Of a stretch of 64,000 nt of DNA, positions 52,595 to 62,146 are shown in pieces. Source of the stretch: a virus (taxonomy: Duplodnaviria; Caudoviricetes); IMG/VR virus record IMGVR_UViG_3300037424_000993, positions 11,518 through 75,517 of that record; one strand, 5' to 3'. The position numbers were made by a program, and so were the translations under genes. The notes under the pieces are model-generated. The model searched no databases. It was given only the letters and a program-made list of their open reading frames with translations, and had not been told where the DNA came from. Position 1 is the first letter of the stretch; each line of letters starts with the position of its first letter.

Positions 52595-54580
52595 TCACCC
52601 AGCGATGTAAGTGTTCTCCGCCTCGGCTCGATCCCAAAACGCCGTCCAGTTCACCCACTCCATATCCATTTGCGTGCGACACATCTCGTACCCGAGCATG
52701 TCGAGCGCAGCGTTGGCGTAGCAGAGCAAGTCCCACAGCTCGTTGTTGGCTCCCGATGGGCGGTGCCACTCGAAGCCGATGCGCTTACCCGTGGTCTTCT
52801 CGATCTTCTCGCGTTTGACCTCGACAGTAAGCTCACGCAGTTGCGCGTCGGTCACGTCGATCGGAGCGTTGAAGTGCCCCTGCGGCTGCAGACTTTGTCC
52901 GTCCCAGCTCCGCTTAAGCGATGCCGACCAACGGTCCTTGTACAGGTCAACCGTGATGTTGAAGGCTCGCGTGCCCATCGGCGTTGCGAACTCTGAGAAC
53001 TCTGGTTGCCTCGCGGTCTTCGCCGAAATCTGGCGCCCCATGATCGGGAATACGCCAACCTCATACGCTGACGCGAACTGGTTGACCTGGTCGGTCAGGT
53101 AACCCGAGTCCACCAAGCACATCTGCAAGCGATACACCTTACCGTCATCGGCCTGGTATTCCTGCGTCGTCAGCAGAGTGCGCAGACGGCCCCAGGTGCC
53201 CGGGTCGTCCAGCTGCTGGGTATCGCCTTCGAAGCGCCAGTAATCGACAAGGAACACCCGCCGCCCGCGACACCAGCCGAACACAGCGACGGCGAGATTG
53301 TCTTTGTGGACGTCGACCGTGCAGGTCAGAAGCAGCACGTGGCTGCCGCAAAACTGCTGAGCAAACTTGTTGGGGATTTGGCCGAACTGGTAGGCGGCTC
53401 GACGGTGAGGTGACACCGATTCGAAGCGCAGCTTTTCGCCGCGGATCTCGAAGGGTTCACCGAGAACGTTGTTGTAGAAGACTTGGAGCTGCCCGTTATC
53501 ACGCGGGCGATTGTGCTCGTCATCCCATGCTTGAAGCCAATGCTGAACGCAAGCGCTCCAGGTCTGCATGCCCACTGGCGAATACAGCGCGCTTAGGTGG
53601 TAACTGCGAATATCCGGGCTTGCCGGCTCCGCCGTTGGCTCCCAATGCGCCCCGTAGTCCGGGGAGAGGAACTTGACCTTGTCGTCGTTCGTGTGCGGAT
53701 GGGCACACTGCTGGCAGAGGTAGCGCACCGAATCCGGAACGAGTCGACTGCCTTCGGTTTCCCAGGCGATGCCCGTGACTTGTCCGGTGTTCGGATCTGT
53801 GTGCCGCCAGCGAAGGCGCTGCGGGTATCCGCATGCCAGGCACCGGACCATGTAATAGCGCTGGTCTCCACGCCGGAACCGCTCAGCGATCTTCGACTGG
53901 CCCTTGATGAGCGGCGTCGAAAGGTCTGCAATCTTGCGGCTGCTTTCGTAGGCAGCTGTTCTGTCCGCTGACAGCTTGACGGGGTCGCCGTCTTTGCCGA
54001 CCACCGTGGGCCAGCCGTCGATCTCGTCTCGCAGCAGATACTGGATCGAAATCGACCGGAGCTTGTTGGCGTTCTGCGCCCCGAACGGGACCAGGAAGCC
54101 GCCGCCAACCCACTCGATTTTCTTGTCGGTCCTGCCAGTCTTGCGGTTGTTCTTTTCGTCCGCCGACTTGATCAGGTGTTCGAGCTCCGACGATTGGAGC
54201 ATCGGGAGGATGTACGAGCCGAGCCGGAGCTGGGCGAGCTCGGCGTCTGCCGTCACCAGCATCACCGGCGCCGTCTTGACGTGGTCGATGCAGTAGCCGA
54301 TTGCATTCTCGAGGATGCCGACGGTGGCGCCAATCTGGACGCCTTTCATCAGCGAGACCTCACGGATCGGGCTGTCGACGCTCAGGCAGTCAACGATCTC
54401 CCGCAGGTACGGCGTTGCCTCGAACCGGTAGTAGCCCGGCATTGCCGTGACGGACGGCGGCAAGTAGCGTCGCTCTTCCGCCCACTGGCTAGGGCTCAAG
54501 TGCTGGAGCTCAACGGTCAGAGCGTCGAGCTGTTCGGCGATCCATTCGTCCTGGTCCGCCGCAAATTCCGCGTAACTCAC
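52595..54580 (-). CDS. terminase large subunit (lambda GpA family)
   Basis: TPYLREI, KGVQIGAT, DEIDGWP, STP, CLACG...YHLSALYSP, NELWDLLCY. Confidence 0.95.
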   Translation of the reverse strand: MSYAEFAADQDEWIAEQLDALTVELQHLSPSQWAEERRYLPPSVTAMPGYYRFEATPYLREIVDCLSVDSPIREVSLMKGVQIGATVGILENAIGYCIDHVKTAPVMLVTADAELAQLRLGSYILPMLQSSELEHLIKSADEKNNRKTGRTDKKIEWVGGGFLVPFGAQNANKLRSISIQYLLRDEIDGWPTVVGKDGDPVKLSADRTAAYESSRKIADLSTPLIKGQSKIAERFRRGDQRYYMVRCLACGYPQRLRWRHTDPNTGQVTGIAWETEGSRLVPDSVRYLCQQCAHPHTNDDKVKFLSPDYGAHWEPTAEPASPDIRSYHLSALYSPVGMQTWSACVQHWLQAWDDEHNRPRDNGQLQVFYNNVLGEPFEIRGEKLRFESVSPHRRAAYQFGQIPNKFAQQFCGSHVLLLTCTVDVHKDNLAVAVFGWCRGRRVFLVDYWRFEGDTQQLDDPGTWGRLRTLLTTQEYQADDGKVYRLQMCLVDSGYLTDQVNQFASAYEVGVFPIMGRQISAKTARQPEFSEFATPMGTRAFNITVDLYKDRWSASLKRSWDGQSLQPQGHFNAPIDVTDAQLRELTVEVKREKIEKTTGKRIGFEWHRPSGANNELWDLLCYANAALDMLGYEMCRTQMDMEWVNWTAFWDRAEAENTYIAG

Positions 54581-55308
54581 TCGTCGTCTTCAGGTGGCGG
54601 CGTCTGCTTCTTCGGCTTCGTGGGCCGCAGGTTTCGTGTGGCTGAGTCGCGCGCCGGGCGGAGGATTGCACCCAGTGTTTCCCGGGCGAACTTCTCGCAT
54701 TCCTCCAGACTTGCCCCGCTCTTGCTCAGTGCGAGCAGTCGGCTTGCAATTGTCTTCGGTGCGTCGCTCAGGATGCGCTTGTGAGACGCCTCCACGAAGC
54801 CCAGCACGTGGGTTCGCACCCTCTCGCGCTCAATTAGTTTTCCCTCGGCTACCTCGTTCGAGAGCCAGAGTTTGCGCGACTGCTCGGTCTTGTAGTGCAG
54901 GTCAACGATGTCAGCGACTTCAGTGAACGTGCTGAATCTCTCGGCAACTTGCTTGTGTGTGTAGCCGTAGAGGCCGGGAAAGAAACCGTTCTCATCCCTG
55001 GAAAGATCGCGCTGCCCGGTCTGGCGCGACGCACGATTTCCCTGGGTTTTTCCAGGGGCCGTCGGTTTGCTAGGCTCGGAATCGCCTGGTTTTGCGGAGC
55101 CCGTCGGTTCGTCGTCGGAACCGATGACGGCCATCGCCATCCAGTTCTCAACTGCCGGATGCCCACGGTCGACGCGCCCGCCGGGGAGCACAGCCTTCGC
55201 TAGGATTCCACCCGGCGCTGTTGCGCGGGTGACTTGCGATCTGTGGCAGCCGCGCTCGTTCGCAAGCGCCGTTTTTGTTACCGGTCGCGGGGCCTTTCGC
55301 CCTGCCAT
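54577..55308 (-). CDS. terminase small subunit (Nu1-like)
   Basis: N-terminal HTH TKTALANERGCHRSQVT; AEGKLIERERV; GTGA overlap with terL. Confidence 0.75.
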   Translation of the reverse strand: MAGRKAPRPVTKTALANERGCHRSQVTRATAPGGILAKAVLPGGRVDRGHPAVENWMAMAVIGSDDEPTGSAKPGDSEPSKPTAPGKTQGNRASRQTGQRDLSRDENGFFPGLYGYTHKQVAERFSTFTEVADIVDLHYKTEQSRKLWLSNEVAEGKLIERERVRTHVLGFVEASHKRILSDAPKTIASRLLALSKSGASLEECEKFARETLGAILRPARDSATRNLRPTKPKKQTPPPEDDE

Positions 55309-55605
55309 GTTGTGCTCAATTCTTGGGGCTTGTTGCGCAACTCAGTTGCAAAAGTCACTATTTCCAAACGCGCTGCGGTGCTACTTCTCAACTGCGAGCG
55401 CCCCACCCGGCCACACAGAACCTACTGTTTTTGCGGCATTTATGGGGTATTTATTATGTCTATTTTTATGCTGTTTCATGCGAACGTGCTGTTTTAACGA
55501 GGTTTTTGCTATGCACGAAACGCCTATAAACATGCTGTTTCGTGAGTCGATTAACGCTCTAACGAAACACACACTATGGTCTGTTTGATGCGACACTGTC
55601 AGCAA
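55309..55605. other. AT-rich intergenic region, candidate cos/packaging-initiation site
   Basis: Upstream of terS; markedly AT-rich; CTGTTT at 55425, 55471, 55489, 55535 and 55581. Confidence 0.45.
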
Positions 55606-56316
55606 TCAATAACCGAACACACCGTGACGCTTGAGCTGCTCAAGGAACGCCTTGTGGTGAATGTCAGGCATCTTACCCTCAAGAGTCTTGAGCGCTGGCC
55701 CTAGTGTTGGATGAGGCGGCACTACTACCGAGCGCCTTGAAATATCCCAAATCATCCTAATCTGTGGCTTACGCCTGCCCCCACTGATTTTGAATATCCC
55801 CTTAGAACTCTCAAGCTCTAGGAACACGAACTTGCTGCCCGTCTTCAGGGCTTGTTGGATAGCAGAGGCATTGCGCTGTCGCCTGTGCCCCTTACCTCGA
55901 CCCCTTGTGGTCAGCTGTATGGCCCCCAGCTTATTGGCGCCTCGGACTAGCCTAGTACGAGGTTGCGCGCCCATCCCTTGGCCAGCAGCGACGCTAGTGG
56001 GAATCGGCATACCATGACGACCGCCACCTGAGCGACGGCCACCGAACTCTTGAGTGTCCATGAATGGCGCCTCGCTACCGAGGACAGCCGCCATGCTACG
56101 AACGTTGACTCCGCTGGCCTTCTCGATCTTGACCTGGCGCTTCGTCCAGGTGTTTCTCAAGACCAGCTCGTTGCTCATCTCGCCCAGCCAGAGCCGTCGA
56201 CCTTCAAAAGCGGCCGTGTTCAGGCTGTTGCGAATTGCGTAAGGGACGGCTCGCTCCTTGAATTTCTCAAGGTCTTTTTCGAGCCTCCGAAGGTCTGTTA
56301 GGTCGATCGTGATCAT
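55606..56316 (-). CDS. gpZ-like tail completion/minor tail protein
   Basis: YAIRNSLNTAAF...; Arg/Gly-rich basic protein upstream of the terminase. Confidence 0.55.
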   Translation of the reverse strand: MITIDLTDLRRLEKDLEKFKERAVPYAIRNSLNTAAFEGRRLWLGEMSNELVLRNTWTKRQVKIEKASGVNVRSMAAVLGSEAPFMDTQEFGGRRSGGGRHGMPIPTSVAAGQGMGAQPRTRLVRGANKLGAIQLTTRGRGKGHRRQRNASAIQQALKTGSKFVFLELESSKGIFKISGGRRKPQIRMIWDISRRSVVVPPHPTLGPALKTLEGKMPDIHHKAFLEQLKRHGVFGY

Positions 56317-56426
56317 TGAACCTACGCATCGGACCTACATGGTTCCGCACCGCATCGGCGGTGAGCACCCCCGTAGCCCCCTCATATATAGGGGGAAATG
56401 TTGGCACTACATGGCACTATTATGCA

Positions 56427-56663
56427 CTAACGGTCGTGCGGATGCATGTCGCGCCATGCGCCCTTTAGAACGCCGCTCCACTGTTCGCCAGCTTCGGCTT
56501 CACCGTTGCCAGCTGTAACCCGCTTCTGTTTTAGCCGGCGCCCTCGCGGTTCGGTCGGCATGGCGTTTTCCGCGTTACAAAGCTCCCTGTAGGCCTTGAT
56601 CAGGTCCTTTTCTGGAGCGTTTGAGCGCTTCAGTTCTCGAAGTTTTTCTCTGAAAGATTCCAT
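56427..56663 (-). CDS. hypothetical protein
   Basis: 78-aa basic ORF. Confidence 0.45.
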   Translation of the reverse strand: MESFREKLRELKRSNAPEKDLIKAYRELCNAENAMPTEPRGRRLKQKRVTAGNGEAEAGEQWSGVLKGAWRDMHPHDR

Positions 56664-56739
56664 AGATAGTCACCGCGGAAACGTCACTTGTGAGTTTCCG
56701 CATTGGATGGCCGAAACATGGGATCTCAGGTTTCCGCGC

Positions 56740-57162
56740 TCAAACGTCAGCCCCTGACAGCTTCGCTACCCGCTGCGCCAACTCATCCACGCTCTCAGCA
56801 ATTTCTTCGTCTCGGTCGTAGAGCTCTGACAGTCGCGGCTCAACGAAACGCTGCACGTGCTGAGCTGCCCCTTCGGCGATCCGGTCGTCGATGGCCTTCA
56901 TGTAGCCGCTGAAGTCGCGACGCAGCTTGTCGACCTTGCTCGGTAGCAGGTCAGGCGCGTGCCGGCGGATTGCCGTCATGGTCACCTTGAACCGCTGTCG
57001 TTGACCGCCGCCCTGTCGAATGAGGAACCTGGCACCGGCAGACCGCTCCTTGGCAATCAGCAGACGTAGCAGTCGGCGCCCCTGCGGATCGCCTTTGAAG
57101 CCAAGGCGTCGTTGCGCCTCGGGAATGGTCAGCGGTTCGCCTTCGGTAGTCATATCGGCCAT
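56740..57162 (-). CDS. HTH DNA-binding protein
   Basis: LTIPEAQRRLGF...LLRLL winged-HTH-like N-terminus plus coiled coil. Confidence 0.55.
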   Translation of the reverse strand: MADMTTEGEPLTIPEAQRRLGFKGDPQGRRLLRLLIAKERSAGARFLIRQGGGQRQRFKVTMTAIRRHAPDLLPSKVDKLRRDFSGYMKAIDDRIAEGAAQHVQRFVEPRLSELYDRDEEIAESVDELAQRVAKLSGADV

Positions 57163-57449
57163 CGCTTTTCCACCTCCGTGCACTCTGCGCTAACTGTCTC
57201 TCGACTTAGCAGCTCTTCGTACTCACCGTGCCGGTATGCGTCCCTGTGGTCGCCGCGATCGATTCCGTCCAAAACTTCGCGTAGGCGGCTAAGCAGGTAG
57301 TCATGATCTTCAACCCCAGAGACTCCCCAGTTGCACGGATCTGTTCGATCTACAATGTAGGCCAAGATCGCGGACCGCTCTCGGTCGATTGCGTTCTTTT
57401 TGAGCTTGAAGCAACTAAAAAGTTTGTTGAGGTCCCAGTAACAGCTCAT
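57150..57449 (-). CDS. hypothetical protein
   Basis: ATGA-coupled 99-aa ORF. Confidence 0.5.
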   Translation of the reverse strand: MSCYWDLNKLFSCFKLKKNAIDRERSAILAYIVDRTDPCNWGVSGVEDHDYLLSRLREVLDGIDRGDHRDAYRHGEYEELLSRETVSAECTEVEKRWPI

Positions 57450-58330
57450 GTCCGTGCCCCCTTATTCCAGGCTCTTCCGGCATCCTTCAGCAGACTGATC
57501 GCATCCCGCTGTGCGGCTTCCAGAAGTCGCTGGACTGATGGGTCAGCAATGGTCCTCTGGCTCGTGACTACCTGGGCAAAGAAGTCTTCTGGGCTCGACC
57601 ACTTGAGATCCGAATGCCTCGCGAGTAAGCCGCCAGCCGCCTCGGTCCACCTCCACAGCGACCGGTACGAACCTGCCGGCTCATGGTAGGCCCGCAGGAT
57701 ATCCGAGGCCGGCCCCCACTCGCCCGATGCCCGCTTGAGACGCGTTCGGACCTTGCCCCATCTGGAAATGGCCACCTCGTCAAGAACTAGGGCAGCATCG
57801 GGCTCAATGCCTGTCTTGCTCGAACCGGTGGGTCTCACTGTCGGCTCGCCTCCGGTAACGCGCGGGCCCGGCACGATGCCGATAGCGTCACAGACAGGGC
57901 ATGTGATCTTTGGCCCCTCATACTCGGGGAACAGCTGGGCGATCCGGGCCTTCGTTACTATCTCAATGCCAAGCAGCTTGAGCTTGGCTGCCGTGGCCCC
58001 CGTGGCGACTTTCAGGTTGTATTGAGCAGCCATCTTGCGCCGATAGACGACCAACTCCCGTCGATAGCTGTTGCCGTTGGCTGGAACGAATCCGGTTCCT
58101 GCTCGCCACTGTGGCCTTGATTCGCCCCCACATGTCCCACACGGCCTGAACCCGCCTGCGAACATCTTACAGCGCTCTAGCAGCGCCGAAAACGCGCCCG
58201 TTCGTATCGTGGCCACCTGCGGGTCACCAAAGTACCACTCCAAATCCCGCTGGTCTCCGGCGCTGATGGCCCATGCTGGGCGTGAAAGTCGAATCGCTAA
58301 ACTTGTTTGTCCGTTTTCCACGTGATACAC
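57446..58330 (-). CDS. Zn-finger protein, possible Q-like late regulator
   Basis: CGTCGG...CPVCDAIG split Zn finger; position upstream of the late genes. Confidence 0.45.
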   Translation of the reverse strand: MYHVENGQTSLAIRLSRPAWAISAGDQRDLEWYFGDPQVATIRTGAFSALLERCKMFAGGFRPCGTCGGESRPQWRAGTGFVPANGNSYRRELVVYRRKMAAQYNLKVATGATAAKLKLLGIEIVTKARIAQLFPEYEGPKITCPVCDAIGIVPGPRVTGGEPTVRPTGSSKTGIEPDAALVLDEVAISRWGKVRTRLKRASGEWGPASDILRAYHEPAGSYRSLWRWTEAAGGLLARHSDLKWSSPEDFFAQVVTSQRTIADPSVQRLLEAAQRDAISLLKDAGRAWNKGART

Positions 58331-58367
58331 CTCCGGTTAATCAGGTCGGAGGCGAGGCCCTCACCGT

Positions 58368-59246
58368 TTATTCGGTGGGGGTTTTGCGTTTCTTGGGTCT
58401 ATCTTTTTGGTCTACGACCGCTTCCGCGGCACTCATGCCGGCTCGTATCCGGCGGCCTATAAAGTGTTCATTCGCCCCACACGCTTCTGTTAGCTCCCTC
58501 ATTGTAAAACCAACACCAGCAATATCGTACCTGGGCGCGCGCTCCGCATGGTAAGCCGCCGAGCACTTTCGATCGCAAAAGAACAGCTCCTGTTTCCGGC
58601 TAGCGAGACTAGCAAAGATCGACTTCTGCTTTCCGCATTGCGCACATGCGATATCTACACGTCCGCGCTTTTCCCTTACTGGCTTAGCCGCATACGCTAC
58701 GGCTGCTGGGTGCGATATGTCTATGTATCTACCGTCCCATGCTTCGGCCAAAACGGTAGCAGTTGCGTTTCTTACTGTCGCCCCGCCGCACCCTCGCAAG
58801 GCGGCGAACTGCTCCGTTGTCATTTTAGTGGACTCGCCTCGCGCCACCTTCTCGCGTCGCTCCTTATCCGCAAACCATGCGCAGTATGAACATTCCGCGT
58901 CACTGGCCTTGCTTCTTCCGCACCCGTCACAAACAACCTTCCCCGCTTGCTCGATTTGATACTTGCGGCGGCACTCCTTGTGCCACCTAGCCCCATCAGA
59001 CTTTGCCTCAAACGTCTCGCCGCATCCTTGGCAGGTGGCCTGATACACCTTGGGCTTCTGATGCGCCTTCGATGAGCAGTTACTGTGACAGTGCCGACCC
59101 CAGCCCCTGGCCACATCGACATCGCGCGGCCAAAACTCCACGCCGCACACCTCACAATGTCGTTTAACGCGCGGCCCGCCAGGTGTGTCCGGGCCAGGCC
59201 GCTGGATCTTGCCAGAGTAGTGTTTACCGTTTTCGAATCTAGCCAT
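58368..59246 (-). CDS. multi-Zn-finger protein with C-terminal HTH
   Basis: CEVCG...CHSNC, CQGCG, CDGCG..CSYC, CAQCG...FCDRKC; FTMRELTEACG...RRIRAGM. Confidence 0.7.
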   Translation of the reverse strand: MARFENGKHYSGKIQRPGPDTPGGPRVKRHCEVCGVEFWPRDVDVARGWGRHCHSNCSSKAHQKPKVYQATCQGCGETFEAKSDGARWHKECRRKYQIEQAGKVVCDGCGRSKASDAECSYCAWFADKERREKVARGESTKMTTEQFAALRGCGGATVRNATATVLAEAWDGRYIDISHPAAVAYAAKPVREKRGRVDIACAQCGKQKSIFASLASRKQELFFCDRKCSAAYHAERAPRYDIAGVGFTMRELTEACGANEHFIGRRIRAGMSAAEAVVDQKDRPKKRKTPTE

Positions 59247-59823
59247 TTGAGTGAAAACCCGTAGCGATAGCTAACAGCGGGTCCATGCCTGAGCGTATAC
59301 GCTCGTACACAACACGCCTAGGAAGGTCGGACGCTGCCGCGAGTTCGATCGTGGTGAACTCCTCATCCAGAATTCGCACCCTAATTAGCCTGTTGGCCGA
59401 GTCGCACTCCTTGCACCTTCCGACATTCACCGATGCCTTTGTTTTCCCGCATTCGACGCAGACCTTTCTTTGCTTCCCTGCTGACGATCTGCAGCTTGAG
59501 CATCGTCGCGGAGCCCCTCGTCGAGCTACCTCGCTGCGCTTTCTTTCCGAAATGGTTCCGCATGATGCGCAGCTGACATTTACCGTGGCCGCCTTCCCTG
59601 TCTTGCGAACATTCTGTTTCTTGGCACGGCTCAGGCTCCATCCTTTTTTCAGACGGGCATAAAAGGTGGCCGGCTTTAGGCCTTCCTCTCTCGCCATATC
59701 AGCAAGTGTCTTGCTTCGCCCCTTCAGCGCGTCCGCGCGAGACCATCCTAGCTGATTGATCCTCGTTCGAACGGTGTGGTAATTCAGCCCACGCTCCAGA
59801 CACTCCTGACTGAGCGACTTCAT
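59239..59823 (-). CDS. tandem-HTH plus Zn-finger protein
   Basis: GLNYHTVRTRINQLGWS, GLKPATFYARLKKGWS; CASCG, CSSC, CVECG; ELAAASDL...YERIRSGM. Confidence 0.7.
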   Translation of the reverse strand: MKSLSQECLERGLNYHTVRTRINQLGWSRADALKGRSKTLADMAREEGLKPATFYARLKKGWSLSRAKKQNVRKTGKAATVNVSCASCGTISERKRSEVARRGAPRRCSSCRSSAGKQRKVCVECGKTKASVNVGRCKECDSANRLIRVRILDEEFTTIELAAASDLPRRVVYERIRSGMDPLLAIATGFHSNG

Positions 59824-61151
59824 CCCGCCTTCTTCATCGCTTCCTGAACCCAAACCTCCCCAAGCCCGCGCATGTCGGCCAGTTTGCGGAGCACTTCTAG
59901 TGTTCGCTTCTTCTGCTCATCCCTGGCCCGAATTCGCTCAAGCTCAGCCTTCTGCTCAGCAAGCTCGCGCTCGGTAGCCGGAAACACGTGGCCACATTCC
60001 ACACACTCTTTCGCGGCAACTGGATTCATCGCCTCGCACTCGCCGCAAATCTTCACTGGCGTCGGGCCGGGCACCTTCTCGCGCCCCTCCAGCGACCACT
60101 CAACGAAGTCGTCTGGGAAGCCATGTCTCCAAGTGTTGCCAGCGTGGTCAAGCACCAGGTAGCGCTTGCCCTTCTGGTAGCGAGCGCCACGGCCACACAT
60201 CTGACGCCACAGGGTTAGGCTCTTGGTGGGCCGCGCCACAATGATGCACGACACCGGTGGGCAATCGAAGCCCTCGACCAACACACCCACGTTGACGACC
60301 ACCTGAACCTCGCGCCTGGCCAATCTACCATTGGAGCCTAACAACTCCTCACGTTCAGTGGCCGGGGTCAGCGCATCAACGTAGGCACTGGGCACGCCAG
60401 CGGCTTCGAAGCGTTTCAGGATGTCGCGCCCATGCTCACGACTACACGCATAAACGATCGTGAGTTGCCCACGAGCCAACCGTTCGCGCTCTTTGACAAT
60501 GTCGGCCATGAGTGGACGCTTACGCATCGCCTGGCTCAACTTCTTGCGTGAGTAGTCTTTGCCGCCTCCATTCGCGCCAGTCACTAGCGCCTTCGCCTTC
60601 TCGATCGGTATCCCGTACACCACCGACTTGAGCAAATGGTTCTCGGCCACAAGCTCAACGGCCTCAGCAACGATGTGCAGATGCTTGAAGTCATCTAACG
60701 GCTTCCCGTCGAGCCTTTCCGGGGTAGCCGTCAAACCCAACACCTGGGCGCCCGGGGCAGCATAGATGATATTGGCGTAGCTCTCTGCTGCCACATGGTG
60801 AGCCTCATCAACCACGATCAGCGCAACCTTGGGCACGGTCCGTGTTCGGAAGATATCGACGCTAGCGACCAACACGCGGGCATCAATGTTTTCCTTTTCA
60901 GCGCCGCTCAAAATGCCGACATGCTTTGCGGGTATCCCGCAGGCAATCAGATGGTCTCGCGCCTGTCGTAGCAGCTCGATCCGATGAGCCAACCACAACA
61001 CCCGCTTTGACTTCATGAGCGCTCTAACGACCCGCGCGCCCACAACCGTCTTGCCGGCACCTGTTGGCGCAACGGCTATCACCCGACCGTGTTTCCGGAG
61101 CAGTCCCGGTAATGCTTTGACACTATTACGCTGATACCTATGAAGTTTCAT
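59820..61151 (-). CDS. SF2 DEAD/DEAH helicase (RadD/Res-III-like) with C-terminal Zn ribbon
   Basis: APTGAGKT, VVDEAHH, LTATPERLD, VLVEGFD, QMCGRGAR, CGEC...CVECG. Confidence 0.93.
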   Translation of the reverse strand: MKLHRYQRNSVKALPGLLRKHGRVIAVAPTGAGKTVVGARVVRALMKSKRVLWLAHRIELLRQARDHLIACGIPAKHVGILSGAEKENIDARVLVASVDIFRTRTVPKVALIVVDEAHHVAAESYANIIYAAPGAQVLGLTATPERLDGKPLDDFKHLHIVAEAVELVAENHLLKSVVYGIPIEKAKALVTGANGGGKDYSRKKLSQAMRKRPLMADIVKERERLARGQLTIVYACSREHGRDILKRFEAAGVPSAYVDALTPATEREELLGSNGRLARREVQVVVNVGVLVEGFDCPPVSCIIVARPTKSLTLWRQMCGRGARYQKGKRYLVLDHAGNTWRHGFPDDFVEWSLEGREKVPGPTPVKICGECEAMNPVAAKECVECGHVFPATERELAEQKAELERIRARDEQKKRTLEVLRKLADMRGLGEVWVQEAMKKAG

Positions 61152-61178
61152 TGTTCCTCCTGTGACGGTTTCCATTCC

Positions 61179-61457
61179 TCAAGACAATCCACATGCTTTC
61201 AGCACCAGCGCCACATAGCGATCTGTGTACCCGGCAGTTTCGCCGCGTCTGCCCTCGGCATGTTCAATCCACCAGCACTGGCACCAGTGGCTCTTTGAGA
61301 TCCTCTCGTGCCAGCGCATCTGCAGCCTTAACCGTTTGCCCAGCTGCTCCACGCTCAGTCCGGCATGTGTCCTGGCGCTGAAAAGCAAATGTGGAGTTGT
61401 CCCTTGGGCAAACCTAGTTTGGCTCATCTTCAAAATCCTCCACCGTGCACCCCGCAT
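61179..61457 (-). CDS. HTH-like hypothetical protein
   Basis: ARTHAGLSVEQLGKRL. Confidence 0.45.
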   Translation of the reverse strand: MRGARWRILKMSQTRFAQGTTPHLLFSARTHAGLSVEQLGKRLRLQMRWHERISKSHWCQCWWIEHAEGRRGETAGYTDRYVALVLKACGLS

Positions 61458-61589
61458 CCTTCAGCCTCTTCGCAAACGCCAAGATGGATCGAACGTCGTC
61501 GCTAGCCTCGCTCTCAATCCTGCCCTGTCGCCTGAACTCGGCATCGAAACGAAGCGAGTCACGAAAGGCTTTGATGATTTCTTCCGGTT

Positions 61590-61817
61590 TCACTTCTGAC
61601 CTCCAATCCTTGAGTTCTCATGCTCCTCCACCAACTCAAACGAATCCTCTGGCACGCTCAGCAAGAGCGCCACCGCCTGACGGATTCGACGTCGAGCCTT
61701 TGGTAGGGTCCGACCGTACGAGACAGCCAACTGCTTCGGGTCGACCTGCACGGTTGCGGACCAGTAGTTGTTTTCGTCCTTCTCGTAGCGGGCCACGTAG
61801 CTTTTACGCTGTGTCAT
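61590..61817 (-). CDS. HicB-like (partial RNase-H fold) protein without a HicA partner
   Basis: YVARYEKDENNYWSATV...SYGRTLPKARRRIRQAVALLL; GGAG RBS. Confidence 0.7.
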   Translation of the reverse strand: MTQRKSYVARYEKDENNYWSATVQVDPKQLAVSYGRTLPKARRRIRQAVALLLSVPEDSFELVEEHENSRIGGQK

Positions 61818-62146
61818 TCGCCTCTCCGATCCTCCGGCAACCCGCATGCTCGAAGCACGGCGCGCGCATGCTCATCCAACCACTCTTCAGCCCATCGAAC
61901 GCGCCGCTCAGCCTCTTCAGGCGAACACGTCGGCCCTAGCTCTGCCTCAACCTCTTCTGGTGTTGCTAATCGTGTCCCTGACCCCTCACTAAGCGGCAGC
62001 CCCATAGCCTGCTCCAACTCCAGCAAGCATTGTCCAACCCAGCCGGCGGAATCAATATCATCGATCTCTTCGAGGCATTGAATGCGCTCGCGCCAGAGAG
62101 CCGGCAGGTCGAGGAGTTTCAGTTCCTTGTCATTGTCACGCTTCAC
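61814..62146 (-). CDS. hypothetical protein
   Basis: Coupled ORF in the minus-strand operon. Confidence 0.5.
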   Translation of the reverse strand: MKRDNDKELKLLDLPALWRERIQCLEEIDDIDSAGWVGQCLLELEQAMGLPLSEGSGTRLATPEEVEAELGPTCSPEEAERRVRWAEEWLDEHARAVLRACGLPEDRRGE

